A stretch of 64,000 nt of DNA, taken from the NCBI GenBank assembly GCA_963662435.1, contig OY759598.1, positions 3,256,507 through 3,320,506 on the forward strand. Reading direction: 5' to 3'. Below, piece after piece: positions 1-9,354 of this stretch. The translations under genes and the position numbers were made by a program. The first letter of the stretch is position 1; each line of letters opens with the position of its first letter. The DNA is from Dehalococcoidia bacterium (lineage in GTDB: Bacteria > Chloroflexota > Dehalococcoidia > Lucifugimonadales > VXLM01). A model generated the notes under the pieces. That model did not search any database, was not told the origin of the DNA, and worked only from the letters and a program-made list of their open reading frames with translations.

Positions 1-1
1 G

Positions 2-724
2 ATCGAGTTTATCGAAACGAACCCAGGCTCCGTCGACTACGAGCCGAGCCATATTCTCAATGAGGACTGGTTCGTCGAGAACGTCATCTGCCAGCCGGAT
101 GCGGCGGGCGCGGTCCGTTGCCTGCTGGGGAGGGACTTCGGCCTGCCGATCCTGATGAGCAGTCACAAGGTCGAGTGCCCTCAGCCCGCGCAGGAGTGGC
201 ACCGCGACGGCGGCTCCAAGTGGGGCCCGCAGGTCAACTACCTCCAGGTCTTCTACTACCCGCAGGACACCCCTGCCGACATGGGCCCGACGGAGCTGCT
301 TCCCGGATCCCACCACCTGTTCTCCCAGTCCACGCTCATGGGACACTACGGCAGCATCGACGGCGCGAAGTACGCCGAGTGCCCGGCCGGTTCCATCGTC
401 ATCACCGCCTACAACATCTGGCACCGGCGCGGTAAGTCGACCGGCAGCGGCGTCAGGCACAACCTCAAGTACAACTACTTTCGCACCACGCAGCCCGGCC
501 CGGCGTGGAAGCACAACCCCGACTTCGACATCACCGACTTCGACTGGCGGATCACCGAGGCCCCGTCGTTCCGCCAGCAGTTCCGCGACTCCTTCGACGC
601 CGCCGAGATGTTCCTCTGGCTCAGCGGCCGCCACGACAAGTTCAATGTCATCGGCGGCCAGGGCTGGCCCATGCCCGGCAACCGCCTCGAACGCCAATAC
701 GGAATCCCCGAAGGCATCGAGTAG
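2..724 (+). CDS. Phytanoyl-CoA dioxygenase (PhyH)-family Fe(II)/2OG dioxygenase, 5'-truncated by window edge
   Basis: Frame open from base 2; motifs QEWHRD (HxD), PTELLPGSH, WHR typical of PhyH family. Confidence 0.8.
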   Translation: MEFIETNPGSVDYEPSHILNEDWFVENVICQPDAAGAVRCLLGRDFGLPILMSSHKVECPQPAQEWHRDGGSKWGPQVNYLQVFYYPQDTPADMGPTELLPGSHHLFSQSTLMGHYGSIDGAKYAECPAGSIVITAYNIWHRRGKSTGSGVRHNLKYNYFRTTQPGPAWKHNPDFDITDFDWRITEAPSFRQQFRDSFDAAEMFLWLSGRHDKFNVIGGQGWPMPGNRLERQYGIPEGIE

Positions 725-746
725 GGGCGGACTGATAAGAATCTAA

Positions 747-857
747 GAGGGTGTTTGGAGAGATTCGTTCACCCTGAGCCTGTCGAAGGGTCGAGGAGCC
801 GTTCATGGTTCGACAAGCTCACCACGAACGGCTTTCGACGTCCTCTTGGACACCCAC
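747..857. mobile_element. MITE A containing a REP-like hairpin
   Basis: Imperfect terminal IR GAGGGTGT.../...ACACCCAC, flanked by TAA (744-746, 858-860); internal GTTCACCCTGAGCCTGTCGAAGGG...TTCGACAAGCTCACCACGAAC palindrome repeated at 29785 and 32470. Confidence 0.55.
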
Positions 858-860
858 TAA

Positions 861-982
861 GAAACTATCTCAAAATTCACTTCCGCGAGTTTTCTCCACG
901 CAAATACTCAACTGAAACACGTTCGCCCTGAGCCTGTCGAAGGGCAATTCTCTGCCAACGCATATAATTTTGAGATGATCTC
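861..982. mobile_element. MITE B containing a REP-like half-site
   Basis: IR GAAACTATCTCAAAATT / AATTTTGAGATGATCTC, flanked by TAA (858-860, 983-985); internal GTTCGCCCTGAGCCTGTCGAAGGG. Confidence 0.6.
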
Positions 983-995
983 TAAGGGGGCCTAT

Positions 996-2354
996 ATGCT
1001 GGCTCAATTGAACTTGCAGTTTGCTTCGACTCTGCAGGTTCGTCTCGCTCTACCTTCCCTCGCCCTCGCCGCCGTGCTCACCGCCTGCGGCGCCGACCCC
1101 ACACCGACGCCCCAGCCCCCGGCTCCAACACCCACTCCCACCTCTGTCACGCCGATACCTGCTACCGCTACGGCGACACCTGATCCCGTCTCCCAGCCCT
1201 GGCAAGCATTCCCCACAACCATAGACGGCTACACGCGCCTGGTAGAACAGGACGCCGCCGGTCTCGAGTCCATGATCGACGAGAACATTGCGACCTTGAA
1301 CGATGTTATCAGGCGAGACTCCTCTGCCTCCGACGCCTACCTGAAGCGTGGAGCCGCCCGCGTGATCTTGTACGCATACACAAGTGCGTTGCACTCCGAT
1401 GCGGAGCGCCTACTGCAAATGGCGGAAGAGGATCTCACAACGGCCATCCGCCTCGATCCGACTAACGCGAGCGCCTACATAGGTCGAGGAGAGGCTTACG
1501 ACCAGTGGAAGCAGAGAGACAAGGCTGTCCGAGAGTACCAGGTAGCGGTCGAGTTCCTCACCGTTTCAATCAATCGAGATTCTCAGGAGGCGGATGCGTT
1601 CGTAGAGCGGGCGTACGCCTATAGTGGCATGGATGAGTACGACAAGGTTCTGCAGGACCTGGATGCCGCAATTGAACTTGACCCCGGCAGTCCCGGTACA
1701 CTCATCAGTCGCGCATTGGCGCACTCGTGGATGGGCGACATAGTCTCCGCCATTCGGGACCTGGACACGGCGATACGCCTCGATCCTGACTTGGCTACCG
1801 CCTACAACGCCCGAGGGACCTATTACACTGAGTTGGGAGAGTTCACAAGGGCCCGGCAGGACTTTGACAAGGCGATAGGCCTCAATCCCAACTTCAGATG
1901 GGCGTACGGCAATCGTGGGAATCTTCACCATGTTATGGGCGACTACGACAGCGCAATTCAAGACTACAGCAGGGCAATCTCAATTCGTCCGTACAGCGTC
2001 GCCTACAGGAATCGCGGGAACGCCTACCACAGCATTGGAGAGTATGACAAAGCGATTCAGGACTATGACGTCGCAATCGAACGATTCCCCAATTACCCTC
2101 AAACCTACGTCGAACGAGGGGACTCCTTCTACATGAAGGATGAATACGACAGGGCGATTGAGGACTACGACACCGCCATCGGTCTAAACGAGAATGATCC
2201 CTATTCGTACTACAGCCGAGGTTGGGCTCATTTGTTGCAGGGAAATATGTCGAAGGCGCGAGCGGACTTCAACAAGGCCCTTGAGCTTGGACACGACGGC
2301 GACGAAGTCGAGGCCGCGCTCTCCGAGCTCAAGAAACAGGAAGACAACCGATGA
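996..2354 (+). CDS. TPR-repeat lipoprotein, paralog 1
   Basis: Lipobox LTAC, Pro/Thr linker, about 9-10 TPR units (AY.NRG...A..D...AI.L.P); purine-rich RBS-like AAGGGGG before ATG 996. Confidence 0.9.
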   Translation: MLAQLNLQFASTLQVRLALPSLALAAVLTACGADPTPTPQPPAPTPTPTSVTPIPATATATPDPVSQPWQAFPTTIDGYTRLVEQDAAGLESMIDENIATLNDVIRRDSSASDAYLKRGAARVILYAYTSALHSDAERLLQMAEEDLTTAIRLDPTNASAYIGRGEAYDQWKQRDKAVREYQVAVEFLTVSINRDSQEADAFVERAYAYSGMDEYDKVLQDLDAAIELDPGSPGTLISRALAHSWMGDIVSAIRDLDTAIRLDPDLATAYNARGTYYTELGEFTRARQDFDKAIGLNPNFRWAYGNRGNLHHVMGDYDSAIQDYSRAISIRPYSVAYRNRGNAYHSIGEYDKAIQDYDVAIERFPNYPQTYVERGDSFYMKDEYDRAIEDYDTAIGLNENDPYSYYSRGWAHLLQGNMSKARADFNKALELGHDGDEVEAALSELKKQEDNR

Positions 2355-2379
2355 CGGATACCGTTTAGAGGGGCCAACG

Positions 2380-3720
2380 ATGCTAGCTCCGTGGAGCGTG
2401 TGCGCTAGTTCGGTCATGTGGCTGCGAGCGGCGCTGTGTAGCCTTGCACTCGCCTCGGTGCTGTTCGCCTGTGGCGACGACCCTGCGCCGACACCCGCGC
2501 CCCTGACTCCGACTCCTGCGCCTGCCACGCCGGTACCCGCAGCCGCTACTCATACCGCTGCTTCCCAACTCTGGCGAGACTTGCCCTCCACCTCCTTTGA
2601 GTACACTATCCTGGCCGAGCTGGACCCCACCGGTCGTGAGGCGATGATCGAAAACGCTATTGAGACGTTGAACGAGTACATACTGGGAGACTCCACGAAC
2701 GTCGACGCCTATGTGAGGCGAGGAGTCGCATACACGGCCATGTACTACTACAGTTGGCCGGACAGAGACGAAGGCTTTATTGAACAAGCGATGGCAGACT
2801 TCGCGAAAGCCATCGACCTCGATCCGTCGAACGCGAAGGCATACATAGGTCGAGGAGACGCCTTCTATCGTTGGAAGCAGTTGGATAGAGCGAGACAAGA
2901 ATACGACACGGCGATCCAACTCCTCAGCGAAGCTATCGGCACCAATTCCAACGATGCGGAGACTTACATCGCTAGAGCGAAAGCCTATAGGTTCAGGAGT
3001 GACCCTGATAAAGCAATCCAGGATCTCGACGCAGCAATCAGGCTGGCCCCTGATAACCCTGAAGCCTTTTACATCCGTGGACACGCCTACGCACAGAAGG
3101 GCGAGGACGGCAAGTCGATCGAAGACTATGACATGGTCATCCTTCTCGATCCAAACCATGTTCATGCTTACAACATGCGAGGGTTTATGCATGATCTTGC
3201 GGACGAATATGACAAGGCAATTGCAGACTACGACACGGTCATACGTCTGAATTCAAATTTTCGGTGGGCGTACGGCAATCGAGGAGATGTCTACATTACG
3301 TTGGGGGAATACGACAGGGCCATTCAAGACTTTGACAGGGCCATCGCGATCCGTCCATACACCGTTGCCTATAGAGGCCGAGCGGCGGCCTATTTCAACA
3401 AAGGTGAGTATGACAGGGCGATCGACGACTATAGTACCGCCATCAGTCGCAACCCCAATCACCCTCAAACTTACGTTGACCGAGGAGACGCCTACTACAT
3501 GAGCAGCGAATATGACAAGGCGATTGAAGACTACGATGCCGCCATCGGTCTCGATGAGAACTATGCCTATCCGCACTACGGCCGGGGTTGGGCAAATTTG
3601 TCACTTGGCGACGTGTCAAAGGCGCGAACAGACTTCAACGAGGCCCTTGACCTTGGGCACGACAGCAACGAAATCGCAAACGCGCTCGCCGAGCTCAAGA
3701 AACTGGAAGACAACGGTTGA
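2380..3720 (+). CDS. TPR-repeat lipoprotein, paralog 2
   Basis: Lipobox LFAC, PTP linker, TPR units; RBS GAGG before ATG 2380. Confidence 0.9.
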   Translation: MLAPWSVCASSVMWLRAALCSLALASVLFACGDDPAPTPAPLTPTPAPATPVPAAATHTAASQLWRDLPSTSFEYTILAELDPTGREAMIENAIETLNEYILGDSTNVDAYVRRGVAYTAMYYYSWPDRDEGFIEQAMADFAKAIDLDPSNAKAYIGRGDAFYRWKQLDRARQEYDTAIQLLSEAIGTNSNDAETYIARAKAYRFRSDPDKAIQDLDAAIRLAPDNPEAFYIRGHAYAQKGEDGKSIEDYDMVILLDPNHVHAYNMRGFMHDLADEYDKAIADYDTVIRLNSNFRWAYGNRGDVYITLGEYDRAIQDFDRAIAIRPYTVAYRGRAAAYFNKGEYDRAIDDYSTAISRNPNHPQTYVDRGDAYYMSSEYDKAIEDYDAAIGLDENYAYPHYGRGWANLSLGDVSKARTDFNEALDLGHDSNEIANALAELKKLEDNG

Positions 3721-3745
3721 CGGATACCGTTTAGAGGTGCCAACA

Positions 3746-4918
3746 ATGCTAGCTCCGTCGAGAGTGCGCGCTAATTCGGTCATGTGGCTCCAAGCGGCGC
3801 TGTGTGGCCTGGCACTCGCCGCCGTGCTCGCCGCGTGTGGCGACGACCCTCCGCCCACTGCTACTTCCCTGCTATCGCAAGCAACCCCCACAAGCTTTGA
3901 CGACTACAGGGGTCTGGCCGAGGAGGACCCCGCCGGTCGCGACTTAACGTTCGAAAAGGCTGCTGAGACGTTGAGTGACGAGATCGTAAGAGACTCCGCC
4001 AACGTCGACGCCTACGTGAAGCGAGGAGCCGTCTTCACGGCCATCTACGTCTATAGCGGCAGACCGCCTGACCGGGACGAAGACGCGTTTGAAAAAGCGG
4101 TGGATGACTTCACAAGCGCCATTGACCTCGACCCCAACAAAGCTGCGGCGTACATAGGCCGAGGCATTGCTCACGAACTTAGCGAAAAGCGTGAAGAGGC
4201 CGACGAGGACTACCGGACGGCGCTGGAGTTCCTCAACGAAGCCATATATCTCGATTCCAACGATGTTGAGGCATACATTCTTCGAGCGAAGGTCTATTCT
4301 CTAACCCGTGAACCCGATAAAGCCATTCAGGACCTCGACGCCGCGATCAGACTCAACCCGGGCAACTCTCCGGCCTTTTTCGCTCGAGCGTCTGCCTACT
4401 TAGCAAAGCGGGAGGACGACAAGGCGATCGAGGATTTCAGCATGGTCATTCTTCTCGATCCAAACTTCGCCCGCTCATACAACGTTCGAGGTAGCATATA
4501 CTCTCGTGCGGGGCAGCATGAGAAGGCAATTGAAGACCTCGACAAGGCTATCAGTCTGAATCCGAACTTTCGTTGGGCGTATGGCAATCGAGGAGTTGTC
4601 TACGCTGAAATCGGTGAGTACGACAAGGCCATCGAGGACTTTGACAAAGCAATCGAGATCGAGCCGTACATCGCTGCCTATGCCAATCGAGGACGCGCCT
4701 ACCGCCTGAAAGGCGAATATGACAGAGCGATTGAGGATCTTGACCTTGCTATCAATCGCCTTCCCAACAACCCTCAAATATACTTTGAACGTGGACTGGC
4801 CCACTCATCGCTCGGCGACGCGTCGAAGGCGCGGTCGGATCTCAACATGGCGCTTGAACTGGGATACGACAGCGACAAAGTTGAAGCCGAGCTCAAGAAG
4901 CTGGACGGAAATCCTTGA
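3746..4918 (+). CDS. TPR-repeat lipoprotein, paralog 3
   Basis: Lipobox LAAC, TPR units (about one fewer); RBS GAGGT before ATG 3746. Confidence 0.9.
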   Translation: MLAPSRVRANSVMWLQAALCGLALAAVLAACGDDPPPTATSLLSQATPTSFDDYRGLAEEDPAGRDLTFEKAAETLSDEIVRDSANVDAYVKRGAVFTAIYVYSGRPPDRDEDAFEKAVDDFTSAIDLDPNKAAAYIGRGIAHELSEKREEADEDYRTALEFLNEAIYLDSNDVEAYILRAKVYSLTREPDKAIQDLDAAIRLNPGNSPAFFARASAYLAKREDDKAIEDFSMVILLDPNFARSYNVRGSIYSRAGQHEKAIEDLDKAISLNPNFRWAYGNRGVVYAEIGEYDKAIEDFDKAIEIEPYIAAYANRGRAYRLKGEYDRAIEDLDLAINRLPNNPQIYFERGLAHSSLGDASKARSDLNMALELGYDSDKVEAELKKLDGNP

Positions 4919-4992
4919 CGGATGCTCTTGGGGTTCCCAACCCCGTGCTTCCCATGTAAAGTTCGGCGTAACATCCTCGCGGAGGAACAATC

Positions 4993-5736
4993 ATGGCACT
5001 TCCCAACGAGTTCCGTTTACAAAAATTCACGCGGCGGGAGTTCCGACACGCCCGCGAGGAGGGCAAGTTCGACGTTGCCGTCGTGGCGACAGGCAGCATC
5101 GAACAGCACCTCGAACACCTCGCCTTCGAGCAGGACATCGCCAGCAGCTCCCGCGTCGCCGAGTTGGCCGCCGAGCGCCTCTATCCGCAGGTCGTCCTTG
5201 CTGTACCAATCAACGTGGGCATCGCCGAGCACCACATGCACTCCGTCGGCACCCTCACCGTCAAGCCGAGTACGTGGCTCGCTGTCGTATTCGACACCGT
5301 TGAGACCCTCATGCGCCACGGAATCCACAAGGTCCTCATCCTCAATGGGCACGGCGGCAACCGCCGTCCGATCTACGGCGTGATGAGCCAGTGGCAGATG
5401 TACTTCGAACGCGAGCACGGCGACATCGACCTGCGATTCCACAACTACTGGGATGTGCTGACCCACGAGATCGTCAATTCCATCCAGTCGAATCCCGGCT
5501 ACCCCAGTCACGCCCGCGAGTTCGAGACTTCCATGGCAATGCACCTCTTCCCAGAGAACGTGCGCGTCGAGGACATCCCCCACTCCGAGGACGAAGGCGC
5601 CTCCTCCGCCACCGCCGACAAGGGCCGCCAACTCACCGAAAAGACCATCGACGGCGTCGTAGAGCTACTCGAGGGCATGATCGAAGGCGAGACGGACGAA
5701 AGTCCGACGCCCAGCCTGAACATCCCAAAGCGGTAG
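4993..5736 (+). CDS. Creatininase / creatinine amidohydrolase-family protein
   Basis: GSIEQH..HL...D, NGHGGN, HA.EFETS motifs; GGAGG RBS. Confidence 0.88.
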   Translation: MALPNEFRLQKFTRREFRHAREEGKFDVAVVATGSIEQHLEHLAFEQDIASSSRVAELAAERLYPQVVLAVPINVGIAEHHMHSVGTLTVKPSTWLAVVFDTVETLMRHGIHKVLILNGHGGNRRPIYGVMSQWQMYFEREHGDIDLRFHNYWDVLTHEIVNSIQSNPGYPSHAREFETSMAMHLFPENVRVEDIPHSEDEGASSATADKGRQLTEKTIDGVVELLEGMIEGETDESPTPSLNIPKR

Positions 5737-5781
5737 AGACCCGCGTTCTGCGTTCTCGGCCTCCATAGGCGAGATGTCAAA

Positions 5782-5976
5782 CCGGGATTCCCCATATTGG
5801 GAGTCTTCAGGATCAATGGGCAGTCCAAACGAGATGATGGCATGATATTCGGGTCCTGCAAGGCCAATCAAACTCCGGTCAATCCAATAAGGGATGCGTT
5901 TCTTGCCGTGAACCATGCTTTTTGTCCATCTTTGTCGTCTTCGGGCCTCCGCCAATGGGGTGAAAGCGCATTGAAG
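5782..5976. repeat. 195-bp IS right-end repeat, outer copy
   Basis: Colinear with 8125-8319, 17 mismatches by manual count, no indels. Confidence 0.9.
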
Positions 5977-6038
5977 TCGGCATTCTACTGCAAGGCGCTA
6001 TCCAATGGCTGAAAGACTGACCGTACTTTCGGTGCCCT

Positions 6039-8081
6039 TTAGCGGCTCTGAGTTCTATCGGCGACCGAGAACCCTCCAACCGAGAAGGTGCCGATGGAGT
6101 AGTCGACGACAGGCCTCCATTCCTCGAAGACCTTAGATGGGGCGTAGTAGACCGCCATGAATCCGGTCTCCTCCTCGTGAAGGTAAAGAAGTCGTACACC
6201 CTTTAAGCCGTCGTCCGCATCGAATTCTTCGATCAAGATCGGCGACCCCGTGGGGGTTTCAACCTCACGACGGTCTGTAACGACCTCGTTACTAAAGGGA
6301 AGGTTCTTCATTAGGACAGAGCGCTCGATGTATTCGCCGAACGAAAACATCATGTCCGCACTCTGTTTTAGGTACGTCAAATCGGCTTCTTCCAGCGCAA
6401 CGGTCTCTCCCCTCCGACCTTGCTCGAATAACGCCGCGCCGATCACCCCCGATTGATCCCCACCCGTGACATTTGCCGGGTAGTTGAGTTGGACGGTGGG
6501 CGAAGAGCGCTCGAAAACATGTCGGAGCATGTCGCCGGCCGGACTGTCGCTCACGTTTACCGGCCTTTCTGGGCGGACTACCTCCGCGGAACCCGACAAG
6601 TTTGAGACCGAGAGTGTGTAGCCTCCCACCTGGCCTGGAGATTGAACGACTATCATGTATTTCGTGTCGTTTGGCGCATAGTATTGGAACTCCCCCAAAC
6701 GTCCCTCGAACGAGACGATTTCGTAGGGAGGGGCAGTGGGATAGTCGACTGTTACTCGTAAAGTGTCGTTGGCATCGATGCGTATCCTGACTTTCTGGCC
6801 CTTATTCAATTCGATCGAATATCGGTCGACATCACCTGGAGTGAACACCCCGGCGACCGTATCGCCTATCTGAATCTCGCCCCCGTCGTCAGCGTCATGG
6901 TACCGAGTCAACGGAATGGAGCTCTTGATCACACCTTCCCGTTTGATATCGAATGGCTGTCTAAGGACAATGAACCACGTTCCGTATGGATAGAACGGGT
7001 AGTACAGTTTGTCGGTGCCCGTGCTGTGCCGCGTGGACTGGTACTCGGGTACGATTCGAGTACCCCCATGCCAGACACGAAAGTCGGAAGACCCGAATTC
7101 GTTGAATAACCCGTACTCCACATCCTCGTAAGAGTCGAACTCGATAGTCTCAGCAGTTTCGCCGTCGCTTCGAAAGACGAATGTCTCAGTGTCCCAACGG
7201 CCCTGCAGGACGAACTCGTGCTCCTTCCTGCCATCGTGGTAGGGGAGCAAGCGCAATCCGGTGGCCGAGGCCTTCTCACCACGCTCGATCTTGCCCAGCC
7301 GGTCCTGTAAGTTGTTCGAGGAAGCGCCAATTGTTCCGCTTTCGCCGCCTCTGATAAGCACTCCAATGACCTCGCCGTCGCGATTCGTCATTAGACCGCC
7401 ACTCATACCGCGACTTGCAGCGGCAGTGGAGTCTACAGTCATGACATCCGCACTCGTCCAATCCCAAACTCCTTCAAACTCTCCGGCCGTCACGGAGAGT
7501 TCCGTACCATCCACGGGGTACCCTAAAGCGAAAACTGGGGATCCCTCATATTCGTCGTCGATATTGGCAAGTTCAACGTGTGGGGCTGAAGTGATGATTG
7601 GCCCAAGAAACGCAATGTCGGCATGGTAGTCGTATCCGATAACCGGGACGTTCGTTTGCTCCGTGCCATCCTCGAAGACGATGTCCGCGGCGGAATAGGG
7701 CCAAGCGACGTGAGCCGCAGTGACGACATAGCCTCCTTCGACGACAAATCCGCTGCCGTAGTCCTGGTCGTTCACTCTAATTCTCACCATCGACGGGCGG
7801 AGCTTTTCTAATACGACCGTCGAGGGCGTGGAGGTCGGATTGTCCGAGGGAACCGGAGTGAATGTCGGGTAAATTAGCGGGACCGGAGTGACGGTCGGAC
7901 GGTCAGGGGTAGGCGTCGCGGTGGGCAGTGAGGGCCCCGTGGTAGTCGATTCTGCTTCCAGAGTGGGTACTGGAGCGCCGGACAGGGCGGACTGCGTCGA
8001 ATGAGGATTCCTCTCTCCTCCGCAAGCAGTACTGAAGGCTAGCAGCAGTATGGCCAACGGTCCGATGAGCCCTGCTTTCAC
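6039..8081 (-). CDS. Lipoprotein trypsin-like (S1) serine protease with C-terminal PPC-like domain
   Basis: Lipobox STAC; triad motifs VTAAHV, ADIA, GMSGG; D.D.Y PPC-like segment; probable GTG start 8081 after GGAGAG. Confidence 0.82.
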   Translation of the reverse strand: MKAGLIGPLAILLLAFSTACGGERNPHSTQSALSGAPVPTLEAESTTTGPSLPTATPTPDRPTVTPVPLIYPTFTPVPSDNPTSTPSTVVLEKLRPSMVRIRVNDQDYGSGFVVEGGYVVTAAHVAWPYSAADIVFEDGTEQTNVPVIGYDYHADIAFLGPIITSAPHVELANIDDEYEGSPVFALGYPVDGTELSVTAGEFEGVWDWTSADVMTVDSTAAASRGMSGGLMTNRDGEVIGVLIRGGESGTIGASSNNLQDRLGKIERGEKASATGLRLLPYHDGRKEHEFVLQGRWDTETFVFRSDGETAETIEFDSYEDVEYGLFNEFGSSDFRVWHGGTRIVPEYQSTRHSTGTDKLYYPFYPYGTWFIVLRQPFDIKREGVIKSSIPLTRYHDADDGGEIQIGDTVAGVFTPGDVDRYSIELNKGQKVRIRIDANDTLRVTVDYPTAPPYEIVSFEGRLGEFQYYAPNDTKYMIVVQSPGQVGGYTLSVSNLSGSAEVVRPERPVNVSDSPAGDMLRHVFERSSPTVQLNYPANVTGGDQSGVIGAALFEQGRRGETVALEEADLTYLKQSADMMFSFGEYIERSVLMKNLPFSNEVVTDRREVETPTGSPILIEEFDADDGLKGVRLLYLHEEETGFMAVYYAPSKVFEEWRPVVDYSIGTFSVGGFSVADRTQSR

Positions 8082-8124
8082 TTGATGTCTCTCCGAGATC
8101 AAAGCTATCGTCTGTCTATTCTAC

Positions 8125-8319
8125 CCGGGATTCCCCATATTGGGAGTCTTCAGGCTCAAAGGGCGATCTAAACGAGATGATGGCATGATATTCGGGTCCT
8201 GCAAGGCCACTCAATCTCCGGTCTATCCAATTAGGGAGGAGCTACTCGCCGCGAACCATGCTTCTTGTCCATCTTTGTCGTCTTCGGGCCTCCGTCAATG
8301 GGGTGAAAGCGCATTGAAG
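8125..8319. repeat. 195-bp IS right-end repeat, inner copy
   Basis: Copy of 5782-5976; lies just downstream of the transposase stop on the minus strand. Confidence 0.9.
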
Positions 8320-8376
8320 ACAAGCCGACTCCCTGGAGCGCTCTCCCTCTTGGCCAGATCGTGGTTGTACCTTCCC

Positions 8377-8923
8377 TCAACTTGGCGCCGGTGATAACCG
8401 GCCGATACGATCCAACACTCCCTCGAACAACCGTCGAGGAACCGACACCTCGGACAACTGGAAGATCACCCGCCGGTGCGGCGTGCGGGACATAGCTCCA
8501 TCCACCCACTTAGCATTCAGTCGATCCAACCCCTCCAAGTTGCCGTCTCTGGGTGAACACCTCAGTCTCGAACCGGCTCATGGTGTTGGTGCTGGCGGCC
8601 GGTCTTTCAGGACCACCTCTCCGTCCAACGATGATCCGCATCGTCGGGTCCTGGGCCAGCCATTCAGCGTCGTTGGTATCCTCGTAACCCGCCAGACGAC
8701 TGTACACCGACTGCCTGAGAAGGCCCACCAATCGGTGCTGCACGTTACGACTGCCCCGACTCTCCTGCAGATACTCATTCGCCGTCTCCGTCAGTCCCAG
8801 TGCATCGTCCAACTCGCGGCATGCCAGCAACCCAGTGTCCGAGGTGATGGTAGCGCCACGAAACTCCAACCGTACACGTCGGTCGAAACGGAGCGTGGCG
8901 CGGGGGCTGGTGCTTTCACCCAT
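8377..8923 (-). pseudogene. IS1380-family transposase, frameshifted and internally deleted
   Basis: N-terminus MGES..LRFDRRVRLEFRGATITSDTGLL...GYEDTNDA; frameshift near 8550, then ...PHRRVI fused directly to C-terminal FQLSEVSVPRRLF...RIGRL*; DDE core absent. Confidence 0.85.
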
Positions 8924-9130
8924 AGGGTGCCTCCAGAGTAAGTACGTTATCAAGAACTAAAGCTGTCGATCATGACCAGTCTAGCACTCATGATAACTGT
9001 TATGATCCACGATTCGGCTACAGCGGGTAGGTCCGTTGCTGATTACGACACGCCCTGCAGGGTTGATATGGGAAATGTGGGTCAAATACGTCTCGCTCAC
9101 CTGCGCCATTCTTAGTCGGAAAACGCACCA

Positions 9131-9190
9131 ACTTGACAATAACGCTCACCGACGCATCAGAATGCATCAATTTGCATCACTTTCCGAGAA
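9131..9190 (+). repeat. Phased triple GCATCA box element
   Basis: ACTTGACAATAACG then GCATCA at 9154/9164/9174, then CTTTCCGAGAA; homolog at 58581-58640. Confidence 0.7.
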
Positions 9191-9354
9191 GAGCCCAGAT
9201 GCTATGGCAACGTTGGCGGCCCCTCGCGCTCGTGGCTCTTGGATTCGGCCTGACTCCCAGAACGCCAGCTGCCCCAATCACCAGAATGGCCTGCGGCAAA
9301 TGAAGGCAGTGAGTTCCTGTACAATGGTCGAAATCTCGCCGTAAACTTCCTTCC

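Larger units (their letters stand above)
5782..9081 (-). mobile_element. IS1380-derived non-autonomous transposition unit with passenger gene
   Basis: Ends CCGGGATTCCCCATATT / GATATGGGAAATGTGGG (12/17 inverted match); 5-bp direct repeat TCAAA at 5777-5781 and 9082-9086; contains IS1380 transposase remnant. Confidence 0.8.

Noticed and set aside
996..4918. Diversity-generating retroelement acting on the TPR genes
   Set aside because: No reverse transcriptase or near-identical template repeat seen; differences are not adenine-restricted
5950..5976. ATGGGGTGAAAGC as the start of a second transposase, making the 195-bp repeats left ends
   Set aside because: Out of frame with no continuation; the inner copy lies downstream of the transposase stop, consistent with a right end
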